From the NCBI RefSeq assembly GCF_056712565.1, contig NZ_CM160072.1: a stretch of DNA of 64,000 bases; one strand, written 5' to 3'. Below are positions 1-12,877 of this stretch, in pieces. Numbering within the stretch: the first letter of the stretch is position 1; the number at the start of each line of letters is the position of its first letter. Made by a program: the position numbers and the translations under genes. The notes beneath the pieces are model-generated. The model did no database searches. It saw only the letters and a list, made by a program, of their open reading frames with translations, and was not told the origin of the DNA.

Positions 1-1875
1 ATTGCAACCTCCTGGGAGAGATGCAATAAGCTGATGAAACGGGAGACATGGAACGTACCACACCAGGCCCAGGGCGTGACATTTGCTTCTATTTATCGGC
101 GTAAGAAAGCGATGCTGACGCTCGGGCAGGCTGCGCTGGAAGATGCCTGGGAATATATGGCATCGCGAGAGTGTGCGTTGCTTATCCTCGATGAAACCGC
201 CTGCATTCTCAGCCGTAATGGCGATCCGCAAACCTTGCAGCAACTAAGTACACTGGGATTCAATGACGGCACGTATTGCGCCGAGGGAATTATTGGTACT
301 TGTGCGCTATCGTTAGCGGCTATCTCTGGTCAGGCCGTGAAAACGATGGCCGATCAACATTTCAAACAGGCACTCTGGAACTGGGCCTTTTGCGCAACGC
401 CGTTGTTTGACAGCAAGGGCCGATTGACGGGAACAATAGCGCTGGCGTGTCCGGTTGAGCAAACTACCGCAGCTGATTTGCCGTTGACGTTGGCAATCGC
501 ACGCGAGGTCGGAAATTTACTGCTGACGGACAGTTTGCTCGCTGAAACTAACCGTCATTTAAATCAACTTAATGCCCTGTTAGAAAGTATGGATGATGGC
601 GTGATTAGCTGGGACGAGCAGGGTAATTTGCAATTTATCAATGCCCAGGCGGCGCGGGTCTTGCGCCTTGACGCGACGGCAAGTCAGGGACGAGCAATCA
701 CTGAACTCTTAACGTTACCCGCCGTATTGCAACAAGCAATAAAACAGTCACATCCGCTCAAACACGTAGAAGCCACCTTTGAAAGTCAGCATCAGTTTAT
801 TGATGCGGTGATAACCCTTAAACCGATAATAGAAACGCAGGGAACCAGCTTTATTTTATTGCTCCATCCTGTGGAACAGATGCGGCAGTTAATGACCAGT
901 CAATTAGGAAAAGTCAGCCATACCTTCGCTCATATGCCACAGGACGATCCGCAAACCCGCCGCTTGATTCATTTTGGTCGCCAGGCGGCACGCAGTAGCT
1001 TTCCTGTCCTGCTTTGTGGAGAAGAGGGCGTGGGCAAGGCACTGCTAAGTCAGGCAATTCATAATGAAAGCGAGCGTGCAGCGGGGCCTTATATCGCCGT
1101 CAATTGTGAGTTATATGGTGATGCGGCGCTGGCGGAAGAATTTATTGGTGGCGATCGCACGGATAGTGAAAATGGCCGTCTGAGTCGGCTGGAACTGGCG
1201 CACGGCGGCACGCTGTTTCTTGAAAAGATTGAATATCTGGCGGTGGAGTTACAGTCTGCCTTGCTTCAGGTTATCAAGCAGGGGGTTATCACGCGACTGG
1301 ATGCGCGGCGTTTAATACCCATTGATGTCAAAGTGATTGCCACAACGACCGCGGACCTCGCAATGCTGGTGGAACAAAATCGTTTTAGTCGCCAGCTGTA
1401 TTACGCGCTGCATGCATTTGAAATTACCATCCCGCCACTGCGTATGCGGCGTGGCAGCATTCCGGCGCTGGTGAATAACAAATTACGCAGCCTTGAAAAA
1501 CGCTTCTCTACGCGGCTGAAAATTGATGACGATGCCCTCGCTCGCCTGGTTTCCTGTGCATGGCCTGGCAACGATTTTGAACTTTACAGCGTCATCGAGA
1601 ATCTTGCTCTGAGTAGTGATAATGGGCGCATTCGCGTCAGTGATTTGCCGGAACATCTGTTTACCGAGCAGGCGACAGATGATGTCAGCGCCACCCGCCT
1701 TTCCACCAGTCTGTCATTTGCGGAAGTTGAAAAAGAGGCAATTATTAACGCAGCCCAGGTCACAGGCGGTCGCATTCAGGAAATGTCGGCTTTACTTGGA
1801 ATCGGCCGCACCACGCTGTGGCGGAAAATGAAGCAACATGGCATTGATGTGAGTCAGTTTAAGCGCCGTGGATAG
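1..1875 (+). CDS. dhaR: DhaR, sigma54-type (AAA+/Fis-HTH) transcriptional activator of the dihydroxyacetone kinase operon; 5' end cut by window edge (frame stays open back to position 1)
   Basis: ORF 34..1875 translation has GAF/PAS-like N-terminus, a sigma54-activator-like AAA+ core (GEEGVGK, GGTLFL) and C-terminal HTH; in-frame codons 1-33 have no stop (..IATSWERCNKL MKRETW..), matching remembered DhaR sequence. Confidence 0.85.
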   Translation: MATSWERCNKLMKRETWNVPHQAQGVTFASIYRRKKAMLTLGQAALEDAWEYMASRECALLILDETACILSRNGDPQTLQQLSTLGFNDGTYCAEGIIGTCALSLAAISGQAVKTMADQHFKQALWNWAFCATPLFDSKGRLTGTIALACPVEQTTAADLPLTLAIAREVGNLLLTDSLLAETNRHLNQLNALLESMDDGVISWDEQGNLQFINAQAARVLRLDATASQGRAITELLTLPAVLQQAIKQSHPLKHVEATFESQHQFIDAVITLKPIIETQGTSFILLLHPVEQMRQLMTSQLGKVSHTFAHMPQDDPQTRRLIHFGRQAARSSFPVLLCGEEGVGKALLSQAIHNESERAAGPYIAVNCELYGDAALAEEFIGGDRTDSENGRLSRLELAHGGTLFLEKIEYLAVELQSALLQVIKQGVITRLDARRLIPIDVKVIATTTADLAMLVEQNRFSRQLYYALHAFEITIPPLRMRRGSIPALVNNKLRSLEKRFSTRLKIDDDALARLVSCAWPGNDFELYSVIENLALSSDNGRIRVSDLPEHLFTEQATDDVSATRLSTSLSFAEVEKEAIINAAQVTGGRIQEMSALLGIGRTTLWRKMKQHGIDVSQFKRRG

Positions 1876-1900
1876 CGGGAGAGTATGCACTCTCCCGCGT
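1876..1900. terminator. Inverted repeat gcgggagag-N7-ctctcccgc between convergent dhaR and the small lipoprotein gene; possible bidirectional terminator (no clear U-run)
   Basis: Perfect 9-bp inverted repeat read directly in sequence. Confidence 0.3.
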
Positions 1901-1912
1901 ATGACTTGCTAA

Positions 1913-2089
1913 TTAATAGCGACCATGACTGCCATGATTTGGCCCACCATTTGAAGGTGGCATTGGCTTACCGGAAGCCGCAGGACCACGCGGGCCATCG
2001 TTGTGGCGGTGATGATGGTGAGGAACACAAGCACTTAACAGGCTCGCGAAGACAATTGCTAACAGGCTGAAGATAAATGTTTTTTTCAT
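1913..2089 (-). CDS. Small (58 aa) His-rich putative lipoprotein: MKKTFIFSLLAIVFASLLSAC-VPHHHHRHNDGPRGP...; possible periplasmic metal-binding peptide
   Basis: ATG at 2089-2087 preceded by AAGAG Shine-Dalgarno-like sequence; signal peptide with lipobox-like LSAC; HHHHRH cluster plus more His near C-terminus; ORF track lists it as 1913..2143 with upstream extension. Confidence 0.5.
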   Translation of the reverse strand: MKKTFIFSLLAIVFASLLSACVPHHHHRHNDGPRGPAASGKPMPPSNGGPNHGSHGRY

Positions 2090-2107
2090 GACAAACTCTT
2101 GAACGGT

Positions 2108-2123
2108 TAATGCACTGTGATTG
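2108..2123. promoter_or_regulatory. CRP-consensus-like palindrome TGTGA-N6-TCACA located about 20-35 bp upstream of the small lipoprotein start codon
   Basis: tgtgattgttatcaca read directly; matches both CRP consensus half-sites. Confidence 0.35.
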
Positions 2124-2213
2124 TTATCACATAAAAGCCGCATTGTTAATATTGCCAGGAGTCTGATTATGACTTTCGGTAACTCAGAATTGAAAGAAGC
2201 AGCGTAGCAGGCG

Positions 2214-2246
2214 TAAAAAAGCCATTATGTGCGACTCACATAATGG
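2214..2246 (-). terminator. Rho-independent terminator downstream of ychF (11-bp stem gccattatgtg/cacataatggc, U-run on minus strand)
   Basis: aaaaaa + perfect hairpin on plus strand = hairpin + TTTTTT on minus strand, just 3' of ychF stop. Confidence 0.6.
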
Positions 2247-2278
2247 CTCGTTATTAACCGCCAGGATATTACGCGGAA

Positions 2279-3370
2279 TTAGACGTTGAACAGGAAGTTC
2301 ATCACATCGCCATCTTTAACGATGTAATCTTTGCCTTCTGCACGCATTTTGCCTGCTTCTTTCGCGCCTTGTTCACCTTTGTAAGTGATGAAATCTTCAA
2401 ACGAGATGGTTTGTGCACGGATAAAGCCTTTTTCAAAATCAGTATGGATTTTGCCCGCTGCCTGCGGCGCGGTTGCACCAACCGGAATGGTCCATGCACG
2501 CACTTCTTTCACCCCAGCGGTGAAGTAAGTTTGCAGGTTCAGCAGCTTATAACCGGCACGGATCACACGGTTCAGGCCCGGCTCTTCCAGCCCAAGCTCC
2601 TGCATAAACTCGTCACGCTCTTCGTCGTCCAGTTCGGCAATGTCTGCTTCAACAGCAGCACAAACCGGAACTACAACAGAACCTTCTTTCGCTGCGATTT
2701 CACGCACCTGGTCAAGATACGGGTTGTTTTCAAAACCGTCTTCGTTGACGTTGGCGATGTACATTGTTGGTTTTAGCGTCAGGAAGCTCAGGTAACGAAC
2801 AGCCGCTTTCTCTTCAGCGCTTAAATCCAGCGCACGCAGCATACCTGCGTTTTCCAGCTGGGGCAGGCATTTTTCCAGTACCGCCAGCTCGGCTTTCGCG
2901 TCTTTATCGCCACCTTTGGCTTTCTTCTGTACGCGATGAATCGCACGTTCACAGGTGTCGAGATCCGCCAGCGCCAGTTCGGTGTTGATAACTTCAATAT
3001 CATCCGCCGGGTTAACTTTGCCGGAAACGTGAATGATGTTGTCATTTTCAAAGCAGCGAACAACGTGACCGATCGCTTCGGTTTCACGGATGTTGGTCAG
3101 GAACTGGTTACCCAGACCTTCGCCTTTCGATGCGCCTTTTACCAGACCGGCGATATCGACAAATTCCATGGTCGTGGGAAGTGTACGCTGCGGTTTCACG
3201 ATTTCAGCCAGTTGATCCAGGCGAGGGTCAGGCATTGGTACGACGCCAGTGTTCGGCTCGATGGTGCAGAATGGAAAGTTGGCCGCTTCAATACCGGCTT
3301 TGGTCAGCGCGTTGAACAGGGTAGATTTCCCGACGTTGGGCAAACCGACGATACCGCATTTGAATCCCAT
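2279..3370 (-). CDS. ychF: Ribosome-binding ATPase YchF (Obg-family GTPase/ATPase)
   Basis: 363-aa ORF; P-loop [12 protein letters not shown] domain; length and sequence match E. coli YchF. Confidence 0.95.
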   Translation of the reverse strand: MGFKCGIVGLPNVGKSTLFNALTKAGIEAANFPFCTIEPNTGVVPMPDPRLDQLAEIVKPQRTLPTTMEFVDIAGLVKGASKGEGLGNQFLTNIRETEAIGHVVRCFENDNIIHVSGKVNPADDIEVINTELALADLDTCERAIHRVQKKAKGGDKDAKAELAVLEKCLPQLENAGMLRALDLSAEEKAAVRYLSFLTLKPTMYIANVNEDGFENNPYLDQVREIAAKEGSVVVPVCAAVEADIAELDDEERDEFMQELGLEEPGLNRVIRAGYKLLNLQTYFTAGVKEVRAWTIPVGATAPQAAGKIHTDFEKGFIRAQTISFEDFITYKGEQGAKEAGKMRAEGKDYIVKDGDVMNFLFNV

Positions 3371-3486
3371 GATTTAAATCACCTTAATATCTTAATAATC
3401 AACCTGTTATTGCTAACAGATTGCAGAAATGGAAATAACTTTGCCTATTATACACGGCACTCGGCAAAAATGCCGCAGACAACGAC

Positions 3487-4071
3487 TTATTGCGCTTTAA
3501 AGGCGTGCAATCGGTTCGTTGCTTTGGTCAAGCCATCTGTAAACCACATTTCAGTACAACGCGCCGCTTCGTCGATGGCTTCATCAATTAACTTCTGTTC
3601 ACTAACAGGCGGTTTGCCTAACACAAAACCGACAACTTTATTTTTATCGCCCGGATGACCGATTCCGATGCGTAAACGGTGAAAGTTAGGGTTATTACCC
3701 AATTTACTGATGATGTCTTTCAGTCCATTGTGACCACCATGACCGCCACCCAACTTAAATTTGGCGACGCCAGGAGGCAGATCCAGTTCGTCGTGGGCCA
3801 CCAGAATTTCGTCCGGATTAATGCGGAAAAAACTGGCCATCGCCGCAACGGCTTTGCCGCTGAGATTCATAAATGTAGTCGGGACTAACAGGCGGACATC
3901 TTCGCCTCCAAGGGTGACTCGCGAAGTATAACCAAAGAATTTAGCCTCTTCGCGCAGCGGAGCGCGCAATCGCTCTGCCAGTAAGTCAACGAACCAGGCA
4001 CCAGCATTATGTCGCGTTGCGGCGTATTCAGCACCGGGGTTCGCCAGGCCGACAATCAATTTAATCGTCAC
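3487..4071 (-). CDS. pth: Peptidyl-tRNA hydrolase
   Basis: 194-aa [16 protein letters not shown]...; canonical Pth. Confidence 0.95.
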
Positions 4072-4348
4072 GTTTTTTTGTCCTGAGTGTGTACATAACT
4101 GGCGCGTAGTTTACTGGTTGCGGCCCCGCTTGACAAAAAACTGCGTATCAAATGCAGATAATGCAATTATTGCCTGAGTGGACTATTAGAAAGTCAAGGT
4201 GTTCAGGCGTTTATTTGTAAAGTTTTGTTGAAATAAGGGTTGTAATTGTGATCACACCCGCACATAACCTACAGGGTGTTGTCTATACTTTACACATAAG
4301 GAAGAGGGGTATACCCTGTTACAACCCAGAAAGTTCCGGAGGTGACAT

Positions 4349-4627
4349 ATGAAACGCAAAAACGCTTCGTTACTCGGTAACGTGCTCATGGGGTTGGGTC
4401 TGGTGGTAATGGTGGTCGGCGTGGGGTATTCAATCCTCAACCAGTTACCACAGTTTAATATGCCCCAGTATTTCGCACATGGTGCAGTGCTAAGTATTTT
4501 CGTCGGTGCGATTCTCTGGCTGGCAGGTGCCCGTGTTGGCGGGCATGAACAGGTGTGCGACCGTTACTGGTGGGTTCGCCACTATGACAAACGTTGCCGC
4601 CGTAGCGATAATCGCCGTCATAGCTAA
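4349..4627 (+). CDS. ychH: Small inner-membrane protein YchH
   Basis: 92-aa ORF with two hydrophobic segments; position between pth and dauA as in E. coli. Confidence 0.85.
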   Translation: MKRKNASLLGNVLMGLGLVVMVVGVGYSILNQLPQFNMPQYFAHGAVLSIFVGAILWLAGARVGGHEQVCDRYWWVRHYDKRCRRSDNRRHS

Positions 4628-4644
4628 CAAATAATGCAGTTTGC

Positions 4645-4672
4645 TGACCAGTCAGTTTGCGCTGACTGGTCA
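4645..4672. terminator. 11-bp-stem hairpin (tgaccagtcag...ctgactggtca) between convergent ychH and dauA; likely bidirectional terminator
   Basis: Perfect inverted repeat read in sequence; weak U-run. Confidence 0.4.
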
Positions 4673-4681
4673 ATCTCGTAC

Positions 4682-6361
4682 TTATAAATCCGCCATCGCC
4701 GCGCGACGATTCGGGAAGAATGCGAGGCGTCCCGGGATCGGTTGAATGCCTGCGCGAGCCATAGTGCGCAGTGGCTGGAATTCCAGGTTGCACACGCGCA
4801 GTTCACATCCTTCGGGCAGACGCTTCACAAAACGCTGGAACGCATCAAGACCACCAGCATCAAGTACCGGAACGGCATCCCACTTCAGAATCACAATCCG
4901 TTTACCTTCAAGACGTGACTCCAGGTCCGTGAATAAGCCTTCTGCGGCAGCAAAAAACAGCGGGCCAATAACGCGCAGAACCAGGACATCGTCTGGAACG
5001 TCTACGACTACCGGTGCCAGGCGAGTCATACGTGCGATACGACGCATAAACAGCAGCGATGCCAGCACGATCCCCACGCTGATGGCAATAACCATATCGA
5101 ACAGCACGGTCAGCGACATGCACAGCAGCATGACGATGATGTCATCTTTCGGTGCATGACGCAGCAAGTCGACCACTTTGTGCGCTTCACTCATGTTCCA
5201 CGCCACCATCAACAGCAGGGCTGCCATGGCGGAAAGCGGCAGCCAGGAGAGCAGCGGTGCCAGTACCAGCAGGGCAAGAATAACCAGAATAGAGTGGATC
5301 ACCGCCGAGATAGGGGAAGTTGCCCCGGCACGGACGTTAGCGGCAGAACGCGCGATGGCAGCTGTAGCGGTAATACCACCAAAGAACGGAGCGATAATAT
5401 TCCCCAGTCCCTGTCCAACCAGTTCGCTGTTCGCCTTGTGTTTCGTCCCGGTCATACCATCCAGCACCACGGCGCAGAGCAGAGATTCGATTGCGCCGAG
5501 CATTGCCATTGAGAATGCCGCAGGCAGCAGGGTGCGAATAGAATCCCAGGTTAGCGTGAATTCTGAATTAGGCAGATCCCACGGCAGCACCAGTTGCGGC
5601 AGCAGTTGCGGAATACCGTTACCCTGAGAACCATCGGCCAGGACGTAGTGGAATTGCGAACCGATGGTAGCAACATGTCCGCCGAGCAGGTTAACAATCC
5701 CCATCACCGCGCAACCAGCCAGCAAGGCCGGAAGGTGGCCGGGTAAACGTATGCCCAGACGCGGCCAGAAAACCAGAATGCCAAGCGTCACAATGCCAAT
5801 GGCTGCATCACCCACATTAATGGTCGGCAGCGCCATAAATAATGCGCCGACTTTTTGTAGATAATGTTCCGGGACATGGGCCATTTGCAGACCGAGAAAA
5901 TCTTTAATCTGCATGGTACCGATGGTGATCCCGATACCCGAGGTGAAACCTAAGGTGACGGAAACCGGAATATACTCAATCAGGCGCCCAAAGCGTGCCA
6001 GCCCCATCAGAATCAAAAAGATCCCCGACAGCAAGGTCGCAACCAGCAGTCCTGCCAGTCCAAACTGTTGCGAAACGGGATAGAGAATTACCACAAATGC
6101 CGCAGTCGGACCGGAAACGCTAAAGCGTGACCCCCCCGTCAGAGCAATGACAATCCCCGCAACAGCTGCGGTATATAAACCGTACTGGGGGGCCACACCA
6201 CTACCAATAGCCAACGCCATCGCCAGCGGGATAGCAATAATCCCGACGGTTATCCCGGCAATCAGGTCACGGGTAAACCGTGCGGCAGTATATTTTTCTT
6301 TCCAGCAAGCGTCGATCAGAGCGCGGAAAGGCATCACATGTGAGGAAAATATTTTGTTCAC
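4682..6361 (-). CDS. dauA: SulP-family C4-dicarboxylic acid transporter DauA (YchM) with C-terminal STAS domain
   Basis: 559-aa polytopic membrane ORF; matches E. coli DauA length and sequence. Confidence 0.92.
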   Translation of the reverse strand: MNKIFSSHVMPFRALIDACWKEKYTAARFTRDLIAGITVGIIAIPLAMALAIGSGVAPQYGLYTAAVAGIVIALTGGSRFSVSGPTAAFVVILYPVSQQFGLAGLLVATLLSGIFLILMGLARFGRLIEYIPVSVTLGFTSGIGITIGTMQIKDFLGLQMAHVPEHYLQKVGALFMALPTINVGDAAIGIVTLGILVFWPRLGIRLPGHLPALLAGCAVMGIVNLLGGHVATIGSQFHYVLADGSQGNGIPQLLPQLVLPWDLPNSEFTLTWDSIRTLLPAAFSMAMLGAIESLLCAVVLDGMTGTKHKANSELVGQGLGNIIAPFFGGITATAAIARSAANVRAGATSPISAVIHSILVILALLVLAPLLSWLPLSAMAALLLMVAWNMSEAHKVVDLLRHAPKDDIIVMLLCMSLTVLFDMVIAISVGIVLASLLFMRRIARMTRLAPVVVDVPDDVLVLRVIGPLFFAAAEGLFTDLESRLEGKRIVILKWDAVPVLDAGGLDAFQRFVKRLPEGCELRVCNLEFQPLRTMARAGIQPIPGRLAFFPNRRAAMADL

Positions 6362-6444
6362 AATAATGTTTCATCCGTGAGCGCATCATCTGTCAACTAA
6401 ATGGCAGGTGAAGGAGGCATAGGTCATACAAATGGATATTACAG

Positions 6445-6467
6445 ACAAAAAAACCCGCCGCAGCGGG
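6445..6467 (-). terminator. Rho-independent terminator of prs (cccgc-cgca-gcggg hairpin with U-run on minus strand)
   Basis: A-run + GC hairpin on plus strand immediately 3' of prs stop. Confidence 0.6.
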
Positions 6468-6485
6468 TCTTTGAGCCGGGTTCGA

Positions 6486-7559
<1,074 letters not shown>

Positions 7560-7583
7560 TCACCGAAACTCAGCTTGCCCGGC

Positions 7584-8434
7584 TTAAAGCATGGCTCTGT
7601 GCAATGGGGAAAGATTAACGCCTTTCGCCACAAAGCCATTGAGCCATTCCGGGGCTTGCTCTAGCACCTGGCGGGCTTCAGACTCTGTATCAAATTCAGC
7701 AAAGACACAGGCCCCTGTCCCAGTCAGGCGCGACGGGGCGTATTCTAACAGCCAGGAAAGCACCGCATCAACCTCGCGAAAACGTTTTCTTGCGATAACC
7801 TCGCAATCATTGCTGAATTCACATTTTAGCAACGTTTCTATTGACCTTTTTGGCGTATTGCGCGGGAGTTCAGGATCTTTAAAAATCACCGGCGTCGGAA
7901 TACTCACGCCAGGGTGTGCGACCAGATACCATTTCTCTGGCGGGTCTACCGGCGTTAATATTTCGCCAACACCTTCGGCAAAGGCGGCATGACCACGGAC
8001 AAAGACAGGAACATCTGCGCCCAGCGTCAGCCCCATTTCCGCCAGCTCATCCATGCTTAGTCCGCATTGCCAGAGATGATTTAACGCCACCAGAACCGTC
8101 GCGGCATTGGATGAACCACCGCCGAGACCGCCGCCCATCGGCAAACGCTTGTCAATGCTGATATTCGCACCGCTTCCCGTCGAAAGACGCCCGCTGTCTG
8201 CCGCAGTTTTCATCAACAACCTCGCTGCGCGAACGATCAGGTTATCTTCATGTTCCACGCCTTCAACGGGCGTTAACAGACGAATATCCCCATCGTCACG
8301 AAGCTCAATGCTGATGGTGTCGCCGTAATCAAGAAACTGAAACAGCGTTTGCAGCGTGTGGTAACCATCCGCACGCTGACCGGTAATGTATAAAAACAGA
8401 TTAAGTTTTGCCGGAGAGGGCCACTGTGTCCGCA

Positions 8435-8435
<1 letters not shown>
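7584..8435 (-). CDS. ispE: 4-diphosphocytidyl-2-C-methyl-D-erythritol kinase
   Basis: 283-aa GHMP-kinase ORF; matches IspE. Confidence 0.95.
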
Positions 8436-9127
<692 letters not shown>

Positions 9128-9271
9128 CTATGTTCACGTTGTCTTAATTGCCAGAATCTAACGGCTTTCGGCAATTACTCCAAAAGGGGGCGCTCTCTTT
9201 TATTGATCTTACGCATCCTGTATGATGCAAGCAGACTAACCCTATCAACGTTGGTATTATTTCCCGCAGAC

Positions 9272-10528
9272 ATGACCCTTTTAGCACTCGGTATCAACCA
9301 TAAAACGGCACCTGTATCGCTGCGAGAACGTGTATCGTTTTCGCCGGATAAGCTCGATCAGGCGCTTGACAGCCTGCTTGCGCAGCCGATGGTGCAGGGC
9401 GGTGTGGTGCTGTCGACGTGTAACCGCACAGAACTTTATCTCAGCGTTGAAGAACGGGATGACCTGCAAGAGGCGCTCATTCGCTGGTTGTGTGATTACC
9501 ATAATCTCAACGAAGACGATCTGCGTAATAGCCTCTACTGGCATCAGGATAACGATGCGGTCAGTCATTTAATGCGCGTTGCCAGTGGGCTTGATTCTCT
9601 CGTCCTTGGCGAGCCGCAGATCCTCGGTCAGGTTAAAAAAGCGTTTGCCGATTCGCAAAAAGGTCATATGAAGGCCAGCGAACTGGAACGCATGTTTCAG
9701 AAATCTTTCTCTGTGGCGAAACGCGTTCGCACTGAAACAGATATCGGTGCCAGTGCTGTGTCTGTCGCTTTTGCGGCTTGTACGCTGGCGCGGCAGATCT
9801 TTGAATCGCTCTCTACGGTGACGGTACTGCTGGTTGGCGCGGGCGAAACCATCGAGCTGGTGACACGTCATCTGCGCGAACACAAAGTACAGAAGATGAT
9901 TATCGCCAATCGCACTCGCGAACGTGCCCAAATTCTGGCAGATGAGGTTGGCGCGGAAGTGATTGCCCTGAGTGATATCGACGAACGTCTGCGCGAAGCC
10001 GATATCATCATCAGTTCCACCGCCAGCCCGTTGCCGATTATCGGTAAAGGCATGGTGGAGCGCGCATTAAAAAGCCGTCGCAATCAACCAATGCTGCTGG
10101 TGGATATTGCCGTTCCGCGCGATGTTGAGCCGGAAGTTGGTAAACTGGCGAATGCTTATCTTTATAGCGTTGACGATCTGCAAAGCATTATTTCGCACAA
10201 CCTGGCGCAACGGAAAGCTGCTGCTGTGGAGGCGGAAACTATCGTCGCCCAGGAGGCCAGTGAATTTATGGCATGGCTTCGAGCACAAAGCGCCAGCGAA
10301 ACTATTCGCGATTATCGTAGCCAGGCAGAGCAGGTTCGTGATGAGTTAACTGCTAAAGCGTTAGCGGCCCTTGAACAGGGCGGCGATGCGCAAACCATTA
10401 TGCAGGATCTGGCATGGAAACTGACTAACCGCCTGATCCATGCACCAACAAAATCACTTCAACAGGCCGCCCGTGACGGGGATAACGAACGCCTGAATAT
10501 TCTGCGCGACAGCCTCGGGCTGGAGTAG
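9272..10528 (+). CDS. hemA: Glutamyl-tRNA reductase
   Basis: ORF 9074..10528; start placed at ATG 9272 ([15 protein letters not shown]...), 418 aa. Confidence 0.93.
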
Positions 10529-10569
10529 CAGTACATCATTTTCTTTTTTTACAGGGTGCATTTACGCCT

Positions 10570-11652
10570 ATGAAGCCTTCTATCGTTGCCAAACTGGAAG
10601 CCCTGCATGAACGCCATGAAGAAGTTCAGGCGCTGCTGGGTGATGCGCAAACCATCGCTGACCAGGAACGTTTTCGCGCATTATCTCGTGAATATGCGCA
10701 GTTAAGTGATGTTTCGCGCTGTTTTACCGACTGGCAACAGGTTCAGGAAGATATCGAAACCGCACAGATGATGCTCGACGATCCTGAAATGCGTGAGATG
10801 GCGCAGGATGAACTGCGCGAAGCTAAAGAAAAAAGCGAGCAACTGGAACAGCAATTACAGGTTCTGTTACTACCAAAAGATCCTGATGACGAACGTAACG
10901 CCTTCCTCGAAGTCCGTGCCGGAACCGGCGGCGACGAAGCGGCGCTGTTCGCTGGCGATCTGTTCCGTATGTACAGCCGTTACGCCGAAGCCCGCCGCTG
11001 GCGTGTAGAAATCATGAGCGCCAGCGAAGGTGAACATGGTGGTTATAAAGAGATCATCGCCAAAATTAGCGGTGATGGTGTATATGGTCGTTTGAAATTC
11101 GAATCTGGCGGTCATCGCGTGCAGCGTGTTCCTGCTACGGAATCGCAGGGTCGTATTCATACTTCTGCTTGTACCGTTGCGGTAATGCCAGAACTGCCTG
11201 ATGCAGAACTGCCGGACATCAACCCAGCAGATTTACGCATTGATACTTTCCGCTCGTCAGGGGCGGGTGGTCAGCACGTTAACACCACCGATTCGGCAAT
11301 TCGTATTACTCACTTGCCGACCGGGATTGTTGTTGAATGTCAGGACGAACGTTCACAACATAAAAACAAAGCTAAAGCACTTTCTGTACTCGGTGCTCGC
11401 ATCCACGCTGCTGAAATGGCAAAACGGCAACAGGCCGAAGCGTCTACCCGTCGTAACCTGCTGGGGAGTGGCGATCGCAGCGACCGTAACCGTACTTACA
11501 ACTTCCCGCAGGGGCGCGTTACCGATCACCGCATCAACCTGACGCTCTACCGCCTGGATGAAGTGATGGAAGGTAAGCTGGATATGCTGATTGAACCGAT
11601 TATCCAGGAACATCAGGCCGACCAACTGGCGGCGTTGTCCGAGCAGGAATAA
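10570..11652 (+). CDS. prfA: Peptide chain release factor 1
   Basis: 360-aa ORF with GGQ motif ([11 protein letters not shown]). Confidence 0.95.
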
Positions 11653-12485
11653 TGGAATATCAACACTGGTTACGTGAAGCAATAAGCCAACTTCAGGCGA
11701 GCGAAAGCCCGCGGCGTGATGCTGAAATCCTGCTGGAGCATGTTACCGGCAGAGGGCGTACTTTTATTCTCGCCTTTGGTGAAACGCAGCTGACTGACGA
11801 ACAATGTCAGCAACTTGATGCGCTACTGACGCGTCGTCGCGATGGTGAACCCATTGCTCATTTAACCGGGGTGCGAGAATTCTGGTCGTTGCCGTTATTT
11901 GTTTCGCCAGCGACCTTAATTCCGCGCCCGGATACGGAGTGTCTGGTGGAGCAGGCACTGGCGCGGTTGCCTGAACAACCTTGCCGTATTCTCGATCTCG
12001 GGACGGGTACCGGGGCGATTGCGCTGGCGCTGGCCAGCGAGCGTCCGGACTGCGAAATTACCGCTGTAGATCGTATGCCAGATGCTGTCTCTCTGGCGCA
12101 ACGTAATGCCCAGCATCTGGCTATCAAAAATATCCACATTCTGCAAAGCGACTGGTTTAGCGCGCTAGCCGGGCAGCAGTTTGCGATGATTGTCAGCAAT
12201 CCGCCGTATATTGACGAGCAGGACCCACATCTTCAACAAGGCGATGTCCGCTTTGAGCCGCTCACTGCGCTGGTTGCGGCAGACAGTGGAATGGCAGACA
12301 TCGTGCATATCATCGAACAGTCGCGTAACGCGCTGGTATCCGGCGGCTTTCTGCTTCTGGAGCATGGCTGGCAGCAGGGTGAAGCGGTGCGACAGGCATT
12401 TATCTTCGCGGGGTATCATGACGTCGAAACCTGCCGTGACTATGGGGATAACGAGCGCGTAACGCTCGGCCGCTATTATCAATGA
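11652..12485 (+). CDS. prmC: Release factor glutamine N5-methyltransferase (HemK/PrmC)
   Basis: 277-aa ORF with NPPY motif (VSNPPYI); start overlaps prfA stop. Confidence 0.93.
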   Translation: MEYQHWLREAISQLQASESPRRDAEILLEHVTGRGRTFILAFGETQLTDEQCQQLDALLTRRRDGEPIAHLTGVREFWSLPLFVSPATLIPRPDTECLVEQALARLPEQPCRILDLGTGTGAIALALASERPDCEITAVDRMPDAVSLAQRNAQHLAIKNIHILQSDWFSALAGQQFAMIVSNPPYIDEQDPHLQQGDVRFEPLTALVAADSGMADIVHIIEQSRNALVSGGFLLLEHGWQQGEAVRQAFIFAGYHDVETCRDYGDNERVTLGRYYQ

Positions 12486-12874
12486 CAAGTTTTTCTACGT
12501 TGCTTAGCGTTCATCTCATTAGTATCGCGCTTTCTGTTGGGCTATTGACCTTACGTTTCTGGCTACGTTATCAGAAGCATCCACAGGCATTTGCTCGCTG
12601 GACGCGCATTGTGCCGCCGGTTGTCGATACGCTGTTATTGTTAAGCGGCATTGCGTTGATGGCTAAAGCGCACATCCAGCCATTTTCCGGGCAGGCACAG
12701 TGGCTGACTGAAAAGCTGTTTGGAGTTATCATTTATATTGTTTTGGGTTTTATTGCACTCGATTATCGTCGTATGCACAGTCAGCAGGCGCGCATTATTG
12801 CCTTCCCGCTGGCGTTGGTGGTGCTGTACATCATCATTAAACTCGCCACCACAAAAGTACCGTTACTGGGGTAA
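12482..12874 (+). CDS. ychQ: Invasion-gene-expression up-regulator SirB2-like membrane protein
   Basis: 130-aa hydrophobic ORF overlapping prmC stop by 4 bp. Confidence 0.85.
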   Translation: MTSFSTLLSVHLISIALSVGLLTLRFWLRYQKHPQAFARWTRIVPPVVDTLLLLSGIALMAKAHIQPFSGQAQWLTEKLFGVIIYIVLGFIALDYRRMHSQQARIIAFPLALVVLYIIIKLATTKVPLLG

Positions 12875-12877
12875 GTC

